DNA of 64,000 nucleotides from positions 62,001-126,000 of the forward strand of contig RSEE01000119.1 of NCBI GenBank assembly GCA_003971905.1, written 5' to 3'. Origin of the DNA: Moniliella sp. 'wahieum' (taxonomy: Eukaryota). The position numbers and the translations under genes were made by a program. Below, piece after piece: positions 52,801-64,000 of the stretch (its first letter is position 1; every line of letters begins with the position of its first letter). Below the pieces are notes generated by a model that saw only the letters and a list, made by a program, of their open reading frames with translations, was not told the DNA's origin and searched no databases.

Positions 52801-54990
52801 GGAGAAGAGGGATTGGGTGGAGTAGAGTCTTGGGCCCGGTGGAGGACCGGTTGGGGCATCGAGGCGCGGATCGTGCCATCGTCCCAAGTCTTTGCTGCGG
52901 GGAGGGAAGAAGGCGAAGGCGAGAGCTGTTCCGGCTGAGACTCAGACCTGAGGCTTTCTGGCAGAACGGAGTCCAGGAAGGTTCATCGGTTCTGCAAGAT
53001 GAGAGCGAGAAGGGCTACCCGGTAATCCGCTTGGCCGCGGGGGTGGATCCGGAGTCGTTCGCCCCCATGACGCAGGGGATGAAGCAGGGCTCCTTGCCGA
53101 GCCCGTCAATGCCAAAAGAATATCGTTTTCCACAGGCGGCAGAGGCGCCCCACCCTCCCGCTCCGGAGAGGGATTGCGAGATCCCCTGGGAGTGGGTGGC
53201 GGGGGATGCCGTGAATGATGGTACGCCGATGAAGAGGAACGGGAACGTGTGCTTGACCTGGACCGTCTGCCGGGTACATCCTCTGCCCGCTCGTGGGTCG
53301 GGGTGCCGATCCCCGAAGAACCAGCCATGGTCGAGGGCAGCCGGGCTGCTGGCAATGGCGAAGGGTTGAACAGATCCCCCGCTCGGTGCACATGGGCGGG
53401 AACTTTCTGCAAGCGCATCTCACTTGTCGGCGCCGACTCGGGTTCATCCCTTGCCTCGCCCCTCCGATCCGGCGATCGCTCCAAGTCAGGAAGGGGTGCC
53501 TTTCCGAGCGTCGGTGAAGTGGACGGACGCAAATGGAGAAAATCGGACAGCCCGAGTCCCAAGTGGGCAGGAGAGCCCGCCGCTGACGATGGATTCGATC
53601 CCAGGTGGGAGGCCGAGTGCACGTGAGAGTGGGCATGTCGAAAGGAGAGGGAGGGCGAGGACGTGGCATGGGAACCAGCCGAGTGAAGGGGGTAATGTGG
53701 ATGGTTGAAGGAAGGACCGGAAGAAGAAGGCATGCTCGAAGGTGCCACATGGGCAGGGGATAACAAAGCGGTGGGAAGTGGCTCGTCATGGGACCCTGAC
53801 CAAGACCCCGAAGCGGACCCTGACCCAGACCCAGCCGACAAGGGGGGAGCCTGTGCTGAGCCCATAATGGCCGATTGGTAGGACGCCGGACCGGAGGAAG
53901 CAGTGGAAGGCATGGCACTGGGCAGGGCAGAAGGCACCATGGGAGACACATTATCAGCAACCGAGGTGGGCGCCGCCCCTGTAGCAGGGGTCAGACCCGA
54001 TACAGCAGCAATAAAGTCCGGATCCACGCCGTCGGGGCCACCAACAGAGACAGAGGGGGAGTGCGTGAGAGGATGGGCATGCCCCAAAAGCGAGGAATAG
54101 ACGTGCTTGGCGCAAAGTTTTGGCTGGGCGAGCCAACCACCGAGCTGGCATAGTCCCCCGACGATGGCTGGCCATGAGCCGCGGTGCTTGATGCGATTCT
54201 TTGCGGAGGAAGGGAGGGCGAAAGGGCAGTACCCAGTGGGGTAGATCACGGGTGCGCAGCGTGGGCGAGGGGCGCAAGACAAGCGACTGGTCTGGTCCCA
54301 GTCCGGCATCGGTCCAAGGTGCAGCGAGGCCAGCAGAGGAGGATTGGCGGCCATGCCGGCGTGGAACCGAAGGGCTGCGGCGCCCGGGTACGATTTGAGC
54401 AGCGCGGGGACGATCGAGTGTGGGACGGCGAGCATGGGAGGCGGTACGAGCAAGGGGGATCGGCGCGCCTGGCGTGGCGGGGGGAGCCGCAGGGGCGGCC
54501 AGTGCCGCGGGCGCAGCCGCAGTCGACGGAGGGGCAGGGGCCAACGCTGAGGCGGGCGTGGCGGAGGCAGGACAGGGGGAAGAGGGAGAATCATCGACGC
54601 AGTGGAGGCGGCGTGGGAGAGGCGGGGACTTGTGGTGGAGAGGCTGGATGCGGTGGACAAGTTGGAAGCGTGGCGGACAGGGTGGGCAGCCAAGCGGCGG
54701 CCGATGCCTAGGACCGCAGCGGCAGGAGCGGACGACGAGGAGGGGGCAGCAGGCGCAGCACCAGCATCCGTCTCCGCACCGCCCTCGGGACCGCCATCGG
54801 GACCAGGATCGGGACCAGGATCGGGACCAGCATTGGCACCAGTATCGGCACCACCATGCTCGCCAACAAGAGGATTGGCGATGGGATGGGCGGTGGGGTT
54901 GGCATTCAGCGTCGAGTCGGCATCGGCACGCACCGGCGGGCGGTCGTGGCGCTGGGGAGTGGGTGGGGGCGCGGCGCGGCGGTCGTCCAT
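43802..54990 (-). CDS. RIM15: Rim15/Cek1-like (Greatwall-type) kinase with PAS, C2HC zinc finger, split kinase domain and receiver domain; very long low-complexity N-terminus
   Basis: PAS (ILYLNPAWSSIVG), CRICE...HSEIC zinc finger, IKDFKLIKPISKGAFGAV, HR|DLKPDN (intron 46220-46271), DFGLSK-insert-FVGTPDYLAPE, REC domain CLIGEDNPIAQ...IFVDLTLPVVDG; conserved-looking upstream blocks WPGRRWYVDILL..SRVTEWW. The 5' boundary at 54990 is inferred; the core is 43802 to about 50130. Confidence 0.85.
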
Positions 54991-55657
54991 GGGGCGGGGG
55001 GGGGGGCGAGCGCGGGGCTCGGGAGGGGGCGGGAGGGGAGAGATGGGATGGATGGGGCGGATGGGGCGGATGGGCAGATGGGATGGACGGATGGGATGGG
55101 CTGGATGAGCTGGGCCGACGGACGGATGGGCGGCTGGCGGGACGGCGCGAGTGCTGCGCAGTGCCAGTGCGGCACTCAGTGCTTGCAGCTCGGCCGACCG
55201 CCAGGCAGCCAATCAGTTAATCAGGCCTCCGCGTCAAGCCTCGGCAGCCCAGCCCCATCAGGCACCAGCATCACCCACCGCCGCTCACCCACCGCTGGGC
55301 CCAACCCTACCCGTGCGTCCGCCGCCCACCAGCCCCCAACAGCAGGGCGCCTGTGTGGTGGCGGCCCACCCAGCACCGGCCGGCCACTGGCCCCATGCCC
55401 TCCCCCCCCTCGCCCGCCGCCGCCCAGCCGACGTCAGCTATCAACCACCGCATCAATATCCCACATCACGTGACAGCGGGCGCCTGCTGACATGCACTGA
55501 CAGCTGACATGGCATGTGGCATGCCGCCTGCCCTATTCGCGCTGCAACCAATGCCTGCCCGACCCTGGTTAACCCTAACCCCGCACGGCACATCGCATAC
55601 ACGTCCATCCCATTCCCCTCCTCGCCCTGGCCCCGCACAACTGCCGATCCACTGCAC

Positions 55658-58364
55658 TCATGCGCATCCCTCACGACTCGTCCTCCGACGCCAGCTCCGC
55701 CAGCTTGCCCCGCGCGCGCCCCGCGCCCCCTCCGTACTGGTGCCGCCCACCGCCCAGGCCGGCACGTCGCTGGAGCTGGAGCTGGGCGGCATCCAGGGCG
55801 GCGGCGTGGACCCGGGGTCGTGCAGGTCCACCCACGCGCCCGGCGCCGTGGGCACGCCTTCGAGCAACCGCTGCTCGGCCTCGGCCAACTCGTCGGTCGA
55901 ACGACCACAGTTGCAAAGCGTATGCGACGTCTTGGTCTCCCCTGTTCCATAGCCCACCAACGTAGACCACGCCGGTACACTGGGTGCTGTCGAGCTCATC
56001 GTCCCTGCTCCTGCTCCTGCTCCCGCTCCTGCTCCTGCTCCCGCTCCTGCTCCTGCTCCCACTCCACCCCCCGCGCCAGCCGCCAGCCCGCCGCCCGGCG
56101 ATCCGGGCGCCGTCAAGCTCAAGTTGGCAAACGATCGATTGAAGCTCGAGGAACGTGATCCGAGAGCAGGGCGTTGCGGCGCAGGCGACGAGGGTCGCGA
56201 CGGAGTCGAAGCGCCCGAGGCGGGAGGGAAGTGCCCGCCAAACGTGGTGATCGGCACGCCCGACGGCAACATAGGAGCGGTGCTGGACGACCGGACAGGA
56301 ACGCTGGCTGGAAGGGGGGACGAAGGATGGGCCGGCGCCGAGGGTGGCCCGGCGGTAGCAGAGTGAGCGGGCGGGGAAGGCGGCCGACTGACCGGATGAG
56401 AAGGAGTGAAGGCGTGTAGGCCTCGGGGTCGGTGCAGCGATACACTGGATCCACGCCGCGACAGCGCGGGGCGGGTCCCAAGCTCCGAAGGTGCCTCGGA
56501 CCGTTCGGGCGACGAGTGCCGCGAGCGCCGGCCCAACGCAGCGGCCAGGCCCGCGCCAAATGACGGGCGGCGCGACCGGCTGGCGCGCTCGTCTCGTTCC
56601 GGAGACGGTTCACGGCTGCCGGCACGGGACGCTGACCGGGACGGAATGCGGGAATCCGACGGGGAGCTGCGGGAGGAGAAAGGGTGGGTCAAAGAAGGCA
56701 GCGTATGGGCGAGGGAAGTGGTGGCCTTCCATGCGTCGAGTTCGGCCTGCGCCACTGCCGAACGACCGCCCACGCCCGAGGTCATCCCCGGTCCCGGGGT
56801 GCCAGGCGCTGAAATGGTGGAAAAGCTCAGCCCGTTCGAAGGCGATCCTGGACGAGAAGGTATAGGAGCCTCGAACGAGTAAGGGGGCAAATGAATGGTG
56901 TCGTAGGTGAACGCACAGCTGGGGATTGCTACGGCCCGGCGCATCGAAAAGACTTGCACCTTGGGTTTACCGTACGATTCGGACCCAGGCCGCTCGTCCA
57001 GCACCGACAGACGCGAAAAGAAGGTTTCCACACCAATCTCGTGGGTGATCCGAATGTCCGTCTTGGATCCCCGCACGGTGCTAGGGCGACAAATACGGTG
57101 CTCAGGCAGGCGCATAATCGCTTTGATGGCATACCCTTCTCCCTGCCCCTGCGGAAGCCGGGCAGGGCCAGGGACAGCATGCTGAGCAAACGTGCCCACC
57201 AACGATTCGCCAAAGGGAGCAAGAGAGGGACGCCCATCCCCTGCGCCACGTCCCGGGGTACCATGTACTGGCTTGCCCGTTTCCGGATCCGTACGCGCAA
57301 ACCAGATCGTGTCCTTTTCCGAAACGTGGTCAGGATGGCGCGCCTTGTAGGGCATGCACCCTTTCTCCCACAGGCGCAACTTCTCCATCGGGAGCTTCAG
57401 CCATGCCTTTCGCACCGCACTGTAGATCTCGACGGTCTGTTCGAGGAAGACGCGGATGACGTGCACGTTCAACCCAGGCGGTGGCTCGGGGTGATAGATC
57501 TGGAGCGCAGCCGCCCCGCCCACAGTCAGGGAGGCCGAGACGAGGGAAACGCTCATTGGTCCCAACGCATCGTGAATGTCGTGATACTGTACATCCAGTG
57601 CAGTAGGACCACCATCCGAAGCGACTTGTGATATGACATAGATCTCTTGCCAGGTCGAAACGTTGGCTTTCCCACGGCCGGCACCGACGGCGGTAGCAGT
57701 GAGTACGTAGCGCAAACGGCCATGCTTCGTCCGCTCATAGGGGGGGCTGGTAGCAGGGATGATGAACGCATACTCAAATCTGTTTGGCGGTAATGGGGGG
57801 GGGCAGCAAGAAGAACGATCAGCAGCAGACTTCGTTCAAACCAGATAGGACGTACCCATGAATTCCCTTGGTCAAAAGCAGCCCCTCCTGCTTGACGTTG
57901 AGAGACTCGGTGAGGGATACATCAGGCGCAATCACGCGAGCCTGGCGAGGGGCACCCTCCTCTGGGTCAGGAACCTCCTCGTCCAAAGGAGTGTCCTCAG
58001 CGGAGGCAGTGATGGTCAAGTCGCCCCCGTCAGTGATCGGGGGGGGTTGGCTCGGTGTACTGGGAGGGGGCGCGTTCGCCGGCCCGTTGACAATCTCAAC
58101 CGTCTTGTTCATGACCATCTTCTCCTCCCAACGGATGCCACCCTGGGCCGAGGGCTCGGGGAAGGCGAGGGTCTGCAGACCCTGGAGCGTGACCTTGACA
58201 CCTTGGATCGTGCGCTCCGAGGGGCAGCGGATCTCGACCACGCCCGAGACGGTCTGGTCGTTGCCGGGCATACGGCTGTGCGGCGGCGGCGGGTGGATAA
58301 AGACGTCGGGGCTGCTAACATGGAGCGCAATTTCGCAGGGATGCTGGACAAAGCTGTTGATCAT
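55658..58364 (-). CDS. Arrestin-fold (alpha-arrestin-like) protein
   Basis: VSGVVEIRCPSERTIQGVKVTLQG; LTKGIHG|FEYAFIIPATSPPYERTKHGRLRYVLTATA (intron 57780-57855); IRITHEIGVE; LPPY motif; Gly-Ala repeat; C-terminal CNC motif. Confidence 0.8.
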
Positions 58365-59107
58365 TGCCCCGGGCGGGAATGGTGGTGGATGGGGGGCTGT
58401 AGCCGCCCATGCTCGAATTGGGGGAACTTGACTGGTACGTGATCTCGCCGGCGCGGCTGGTCTCAGTCGGTCTCGTGTGCGGCCCCCACACAGACCCAGT
58501 TGCAATTCTTAGGTCAGCATCGCTGCAATCGCCAATGGGACTACTTTGGAGGGCATGTTGAACATGAAATTTCCGTTGAGCTCAGCTTGATCAGACCATC
58601 GAGGTCATCGATCATTCCTTGACACGTTGACGTTTGACGCTGATCGATGGCTTATCGCTTAGCTCAGCAATTGCCCCTCGCAAAGCGGACCGATTGGACC
58701 AACAGCTAGGTTAGTGTATTTGCGAGTGGCCCACACCAGCACCCCCACAGCCATCACCAAATCATCACAGTAGTTGGAACAATACCGACCTTATCGGTCT
58801 CATCGACATTGCTCATTCTGGGTACAGCACGGCACAGCACCGCCAAAACCCACCCGCGTTTTTGCCGCCCATTATATCATCGACCCGGAAGTCTACTGTG
58901 TATAGGTCGTGTATGTGACGAGCCTAATGAGATCTGAGATCGGAGATCGGAGATCTCTGAGACCCCAATATGCCGCAGCGAACCAAAAAGACGGGCAGAA
59001 GGGATGATACATACTAATAGTAACGTTTTTTGGCACATGTGTGGAAGTACACTCCCCTCCTCCCTAAGAACGAAGCTACCACACGGCGGACGAGGTAGTA
59101 GTCGTCT

Positions 59108-59259
59108 CGCCACACGAAACATCCGCTTTTTCCCGCTGAACGGAAAAGGAGGAGGATGTGCTCAAACTGAGCCGTCATTGAGCCAACACAGGAATACGGG
59201 CCAGGGGGGGACAACGTCCTGTACGATCCCTTGCTCAACAGCTGATGAGTAGGGTGGCG
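59108..59259 (+). ncRNA. Hammerhead-ribozyme-like fold (type II topology), probably inactive or coincidental
   Basis: CGCCACAC-GAAA ... CTGATGA-GT(AGG)GTGGCG closes stem II; ACATCC/GGATGT forms stem III; but the cleavage triplet is GUG and stem I is weak. Confidence 0.2.
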
Positions 59260-60641
59260 CAAACCAAGCAAAGTTATTCTTCTTTTCTCCCACCCGCTCC
59301 AGATAATGATGGCGCCAGGGAAATGCCAAAGTTGTAGTCAATGGGGCGAAGCAAAAAATGTATTTCTTTTGGCGCTCTGCAAATGACGCAACGTTATCGC
59401 ATGGCCGAGGAGACCAGGATTGTTGGGGGAAGTGTATTATGGCTTAACTCGCCCTCTGACTAGGTATGATCGGTCCACAGGTTCTAGAACCAAATAACGT
59501 ATCAATAGCAAACCACTCGCCTTCAAAACCATCTTGACATCGTCATTGGTAGGCTGAGCAACAATGGGCACCAATGTACCACCCCATATCTCGTAGGGGC
59601 CAATGTTGCACCCTTTTGGAGGTTGCGCATGCACTTGACTTGATACAAAGGGCCGTCAACCTTACACTTGCCAGATTCCAGCACTTTCTTCATTGCTGCC
59701 CTGATTTCCCCCAGGGAAGGGTGTCAATGCCCGCCTCTTAGATTCCAGGATTGTTGACTACACGCATCGCAACCAGCAACGGTGAGATATGATAGTGTGT
59801 CGTCAAAAGTAGGCCATTAATGTGAACCTAGTACTCTGTATATGCAGCCTTCCACTTCAAAAAGTCAACCTTTTAACAACATCGTTCTCGCCTTCAATTC
59901 CATGCTGGTCGCCCATGATCGGGGAGACGTGTGCCTCAACCTCGTTGAGAGGTTCAACCCTGTTTCGGAAACCCAACTCCGGGCCTCGAAGCCATCATTC
60001 AAAAAGACCGCATCCCGTCATCAACCAGGTCGCCAAAATGGGAAAGAAGGGTGCGGTACGATGGTTCGGGTCGGGGGCATGCCAGTCACTGTTGACCGAC
60101 ACGACTTGCTTCTTTTTGGCCTTCACCTCCACCATTGTTGGCCACAACGTCGCTAAAACCATAAAGGAACCTTGCTTGGATCTTGCTTTAAAAAAGGCGC
60201 ATTTCATTGATGAAAGGGGGGAAGAGACGACGCTGATTTCAACCCCTACAACGTTTAAGAGTACAGAGCGGGTTATATCCGTCTTAGTAGACCAGAACAC
60301 CTATTGTGAAAGTTCTTCGGACTTTGAGTAGCGCCCACACCGTGGGGGGTAAGACCGAGATAAAAGTGTAGTATAATGTGGGAACGGGGCTGGTCCATTA
60401 TTCGCGTTCATAAAGATCGACAGACGCACAGTAGGGAATGTTGCGTTACATCCAAGTCAAATCAATGAGGCTCTGCGCAGAAGAGTTCTCAGACTGGTAC
60501 ACTGAGTACTGGCTGAGTGGAAAAGCAAAAGGCGAAGAGTGGCGTGGCCGAGGTTGGCCATGAGCGCGGAGCCCAGAGACGGTGCTACGAAAGGCTACTG
60601 CAACTTGGCCGGGAGTGGAAGGACGTATCATATGGGAGGCT

Positions 60642-60850
60642 GGCATGATGCATGATGCATGGTGCACGATCGATGACCGAGCAGGATCAGCGCGAGCTTC
60701 CTGAAGCAGCTTTAGCGCTTTGCGCTTAGCCTTTAGAGCTTAGCTTTTAAGCTTTAAGCTTTAAGCCTCAGTACCAGTGTACTCAGTTGCTCAGTGCCTT
60801 CTTCAGACGCTAGTCCTAGTCAGTACTGAGACTCAGTACTCAGTACAGTC
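60642..60850. repeat. Compound palindromic repeat cluster
   Basis: GCATGATGCATGATGCAT, (TTAAGCT)n near 60747-60766, and AGTACT-based units at 60768-60846. Confidence 0.75.
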
Positions 60851-62104
60851 AGTGGGCGCAGAACGAATAGTGGCCGTGTGCTGAGTGGAGGTGTGGCTGG
60901 ATCAGCCGGAACGAAGAAGCCGAGTTTGGGCGAGCCACTGGCGAGCCACACTAGTGCGTCAGGCACCGCTGATACCGTCGTGCCCCCTCTGGCAGAGGCA
61001 CGGATGGTCTCGCCAATCTCCTTGCCCATGCAGACGGCCAGCCGCGGAGAGGCTGCGGTGACACATTCAAAGCTCTCCGCTTTGTGCCCGTTGTTCTGCC
61101 ATTTGCGCTATGCGCGTTTCGCACTGTTACGCGTTGCGGAGTATCTTCCTCCTGAGATCTGAGATCTGACGCGTGGCTGCGCGAAACTCGAGGCCAAGGC
61201 GACCTGCCAGCCCGGGGTACAGGGTGGTCTGGTCCTAGGACACGCTGCGATCAATGATCGATCGTCACAAATTCTTGCGCACGCGCCTCCCGGTTGCTCC
61301 CAGGTCTAGGCGGCCATCTGCCCAACATGCACAGAAATCAATGAAATGATCACAATCGTTACGGCGATCTTCTGTTGGTGGTGGTGGCGACGGCAGGTGA
61401 GCGGTGAGCGGTGACTAGCTTGACTAGGTGACTGACACTGGCAGCGATGTGGATGCCAGTGACTAGTAGTGATTAATGAGGCAAGCCAGGCCAAGCCTGG
61501 CGCGCTAGGGCAGGCTAGACCGCGGCGGTGGCAGGGGGCTGCAAATGACAGCGGCAAGGCATGGCAGGGCGGCGCGCGCAAAGGCGGGCGGCGTTTTAGG
61601 GTGCAGATCACCCACGCATGCAACACTGCTGCCATGCGGGACGACACTGGAACAGTGTGGAACAGCACGACTGGCGAGGCGGCCCGTCACAGGCCCGACG
61701 CCTGTGTTGCCACCGCGCTCCACACCAGCACAGGAACAGTGTAGCCGTGCGCGCGCATCTGCTGGCGGCCGCGGGCACAGGGCTGCTGGGCGCTGGGCTG
61801 CGCTGGGCATGCGGCAGGGTCAATCGACAATCGTCAATGGCCTGGCGTGGTTGGCTGAGCGGCAGAGCCCCAGCGCCTCAGCGCGGCTTAATGATGGTTG
61901 CTCGATGATCTGCTGGCCGCTCCCCACCGGTGACGGTGACAGGTGACATGTCACACAACCACCGCTGCTCCTCTGTCCGCTTCGCTCCATCCCGTATCAA
62001 CGAGTGCTCCATCACCACCGTCACCTCCCTCTCTCCATTCCTCTCCACCGTTCTCTGGGGTCAACCGCTCGTTCTCTTCCCCTCCCCCACCCTGCCCTCC
62101 AACT

Positions 62105-63348
62105 ATGGCCGCTCGCTCTCCCTCTGTCCGCCGCGATGAACTGTACCACAATCTGAGTCTCGAGAAGCCCCGCGTGGACCACGACCCCTTTTCCGACGAG
62201 CCGGCTGTACCGGAACCTGCTCGCCAAGCGACCCATCCGGCGCTCCAGGCCGCAAGGGCCGCCGCCACTGCAGCCCGTGTGCCCAAAGCTCCTTCGCACG
62301 AGCCGGCGATGCCGTCGGCTGCGATGGGCGCACATGGGGCCACCTCCCCCTCGGCGTATGCCCAGCAGTTCCAAGCCCCCACCAGCTTCTCTGATGCTCC
62401 GCGCCAACAGCAGCGGCATTCCAAGAAGCCCTCCCTTTTCCGTCGTAGCGTTGTGGCCCTCACGGGCGGGAATCGGATGAGGCCAGTGGGTCACCCGCAC
62501 GCAGTGGTGCAGGCGGGCTGCAGCGCAAGCCTTCGGCGCTGCGTAAGAGCATGGCCTGGCTCCTGGGTCCCCCACCTGCTGTCCGCTTGGCGCCTGGAAT
62601 TGGCGATACACCTACGATGGCGACGGAGAAATCGGGTCCGGGCAGCAAGGACCCCTTCCTGGGTGGAGGCGGTGAGGGAAATGAATGGGACGTGGATGGT
62701 TCCGGCGCAGCGTTTTGGAAACGTTTCTCCATTGCCCAGCGTCACGCCCAGAACCAAGCCGACCCTTTAACTCAACAGAGTAAGGAGTTCGTTTCCTCCC
62801 AGAAACGGGCCAACCGCAAGATGCGGATCGGGGTCTACCTCACGCTTGTTTTGTTGGTCGCTCTGATCATTGGACTCGCGGTTGGCATCCCTGCCTCCCA
62901 CAAGTCTTCCTCTTCCTCTTCCGGTTCGGGGTCGGACAGTACAAGCAACTCCAAGCGCGCTCTCCTCTACCTGCCCACCGACATTCCTGCTTCATCAATT
63001 CCAACCAATGCCTCTCGCGCAGCAGCCGCTGTTGAGGCTGATTGGAAAAAGGTCGAGCCAAGCACCAATACCGCCCCTTCCCTAGCGCCCGCCTTCCGAT
63101 CCAGGGCCGCACCCACCACAAGTTTGCCCACCGTCGTGCAGCTCAAGCGGCCAGCCAGACTACGGCATAGCCCTTCCGTTCATTCGCGCTACGCCCGGTG
63201 CTTGCGTTCGGTGTCGGAGGGACCATCTCTCGTCGGGCCCAGCACGGTAACAAGGTGCCCACCATGTCTCCTCCGGCTATTCAGGTGCTTGATCCATCCG
63301 GCCCTCCTGTTTTATCTTCGGTCCCCTCCAATCATTTCTGGTCCGTGA
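62105..63348 (+). CDS. Hypothetical single-pass membrane protein
   Basis: MAARSPSVRRDELYHNL...DPFSDE; EWDVDGSGAAFWKRFSIAQR; basic stretch followed by TM helix IGVYLTLVLLVALIIGLAVGI and a Ser-rich stalk. Frameshifted; the 3' end is uncertain. Confidence 0.6.
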
Positions 63349-64000
63349 CTCGGGAGGGTTCATGGGCAAGCCTTTCGTTACTATCCCTCCTCCTATCCCT
63401 CCACCCTTCCCACCCTCTCCCCTCTAGCGACAGGGAAACAAGTTGCCCTCACTTGGCATGGGGCTGACACAATCGTCTGATACCTTATTTCCACGTGGCC
63501 CGCTCCCCTACTACGATCTCTTCTTCCGTCGGTCCCATGCCTCCACCACCGCCCCCTTTCACCCCCTCTCCCACTTTATCCCTTCAGACCTTTCCCTTTT
63601 CCTTGCCTCGGTCATCCATGGTACGGTGGGAGAAGGCGGCCATAGCCTTGTCTTCCCTGCGATGACCCTGTATCCATCCTTATCGTGGGAGTCCTTATCG
63701 TTTACTTACCCCCAGTCTGATATTTTTCTTTTTTTCTACATCTACTGGCCCTGGCTCAGGGCAGGCTCATAGTCAAATGGGAATTGTAGTAGGTTCAATA
63801 TCCATTTCTTCCAACAGTCTCCGGGGACACTCGGACAGTATTACCTAGCTGGAATCAGCTTCCTGGCCCTATCGACCCTATCTCCACTGAGCCACAGGAT
63901 CAGAAAGGTTTGGAGGCACGACGTCGCGCATCGCTCCGTTATAGACATATGCCTCTCTCCAGCTCTAAGTATCAGAACCCTCTCTTCTCGAGACAGAAAC

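Noticed and set aside
58880..59360. RNase P/MRP RNA suggested by GGAAGTCTAC and CAATGGGGC
   Set aside because: The P4 pairing could not be formed properly and the motif resemblance is partial.

Overview
Gene-dense, GC-rich fungal (basidiomycete-like) genomic DNA with short GT-AG introns (about 50-105 nt, CTRAC/CTRAT branch sites). Almost every gene is split by single-base indels, many at short homopolymers, which points to an unpolished long-read assembly, so the ORF track fragments real genes. Recognisable genes in order: AGC/Ypk-Akt-like kinase (partial), WW-domain protein, Ste20-type PAK kinase, mitochondrial GrpE (Mge1), an orphan protein, FGGY pentulose kinase, pyruvate decarboxylase, a divergent velvet-domain regulator that the ORF track does not show, aconitase, enolase, Mep/Amt ammonium transporter, carnitine acetyltransferase, a small membrane protein, a very long Rim15-like kinase, an arrestin-fold protein and a single-pass membrane protein. 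Lower-GC unexplained islands lie between genes. The most unusual observations are (1) a recurring intergenic repeat grammar in which different A-xxxx-T hexamer palindromes are tandemly repeated with a 1-nt spacer, (2) the hidden non-canonical velvet gene, (3) a hammerhead-ribozyme-like fold near 59.1-59.3 kb, and (4) other structured or decayed elements. All assignments come from manual reading; no searches were run.
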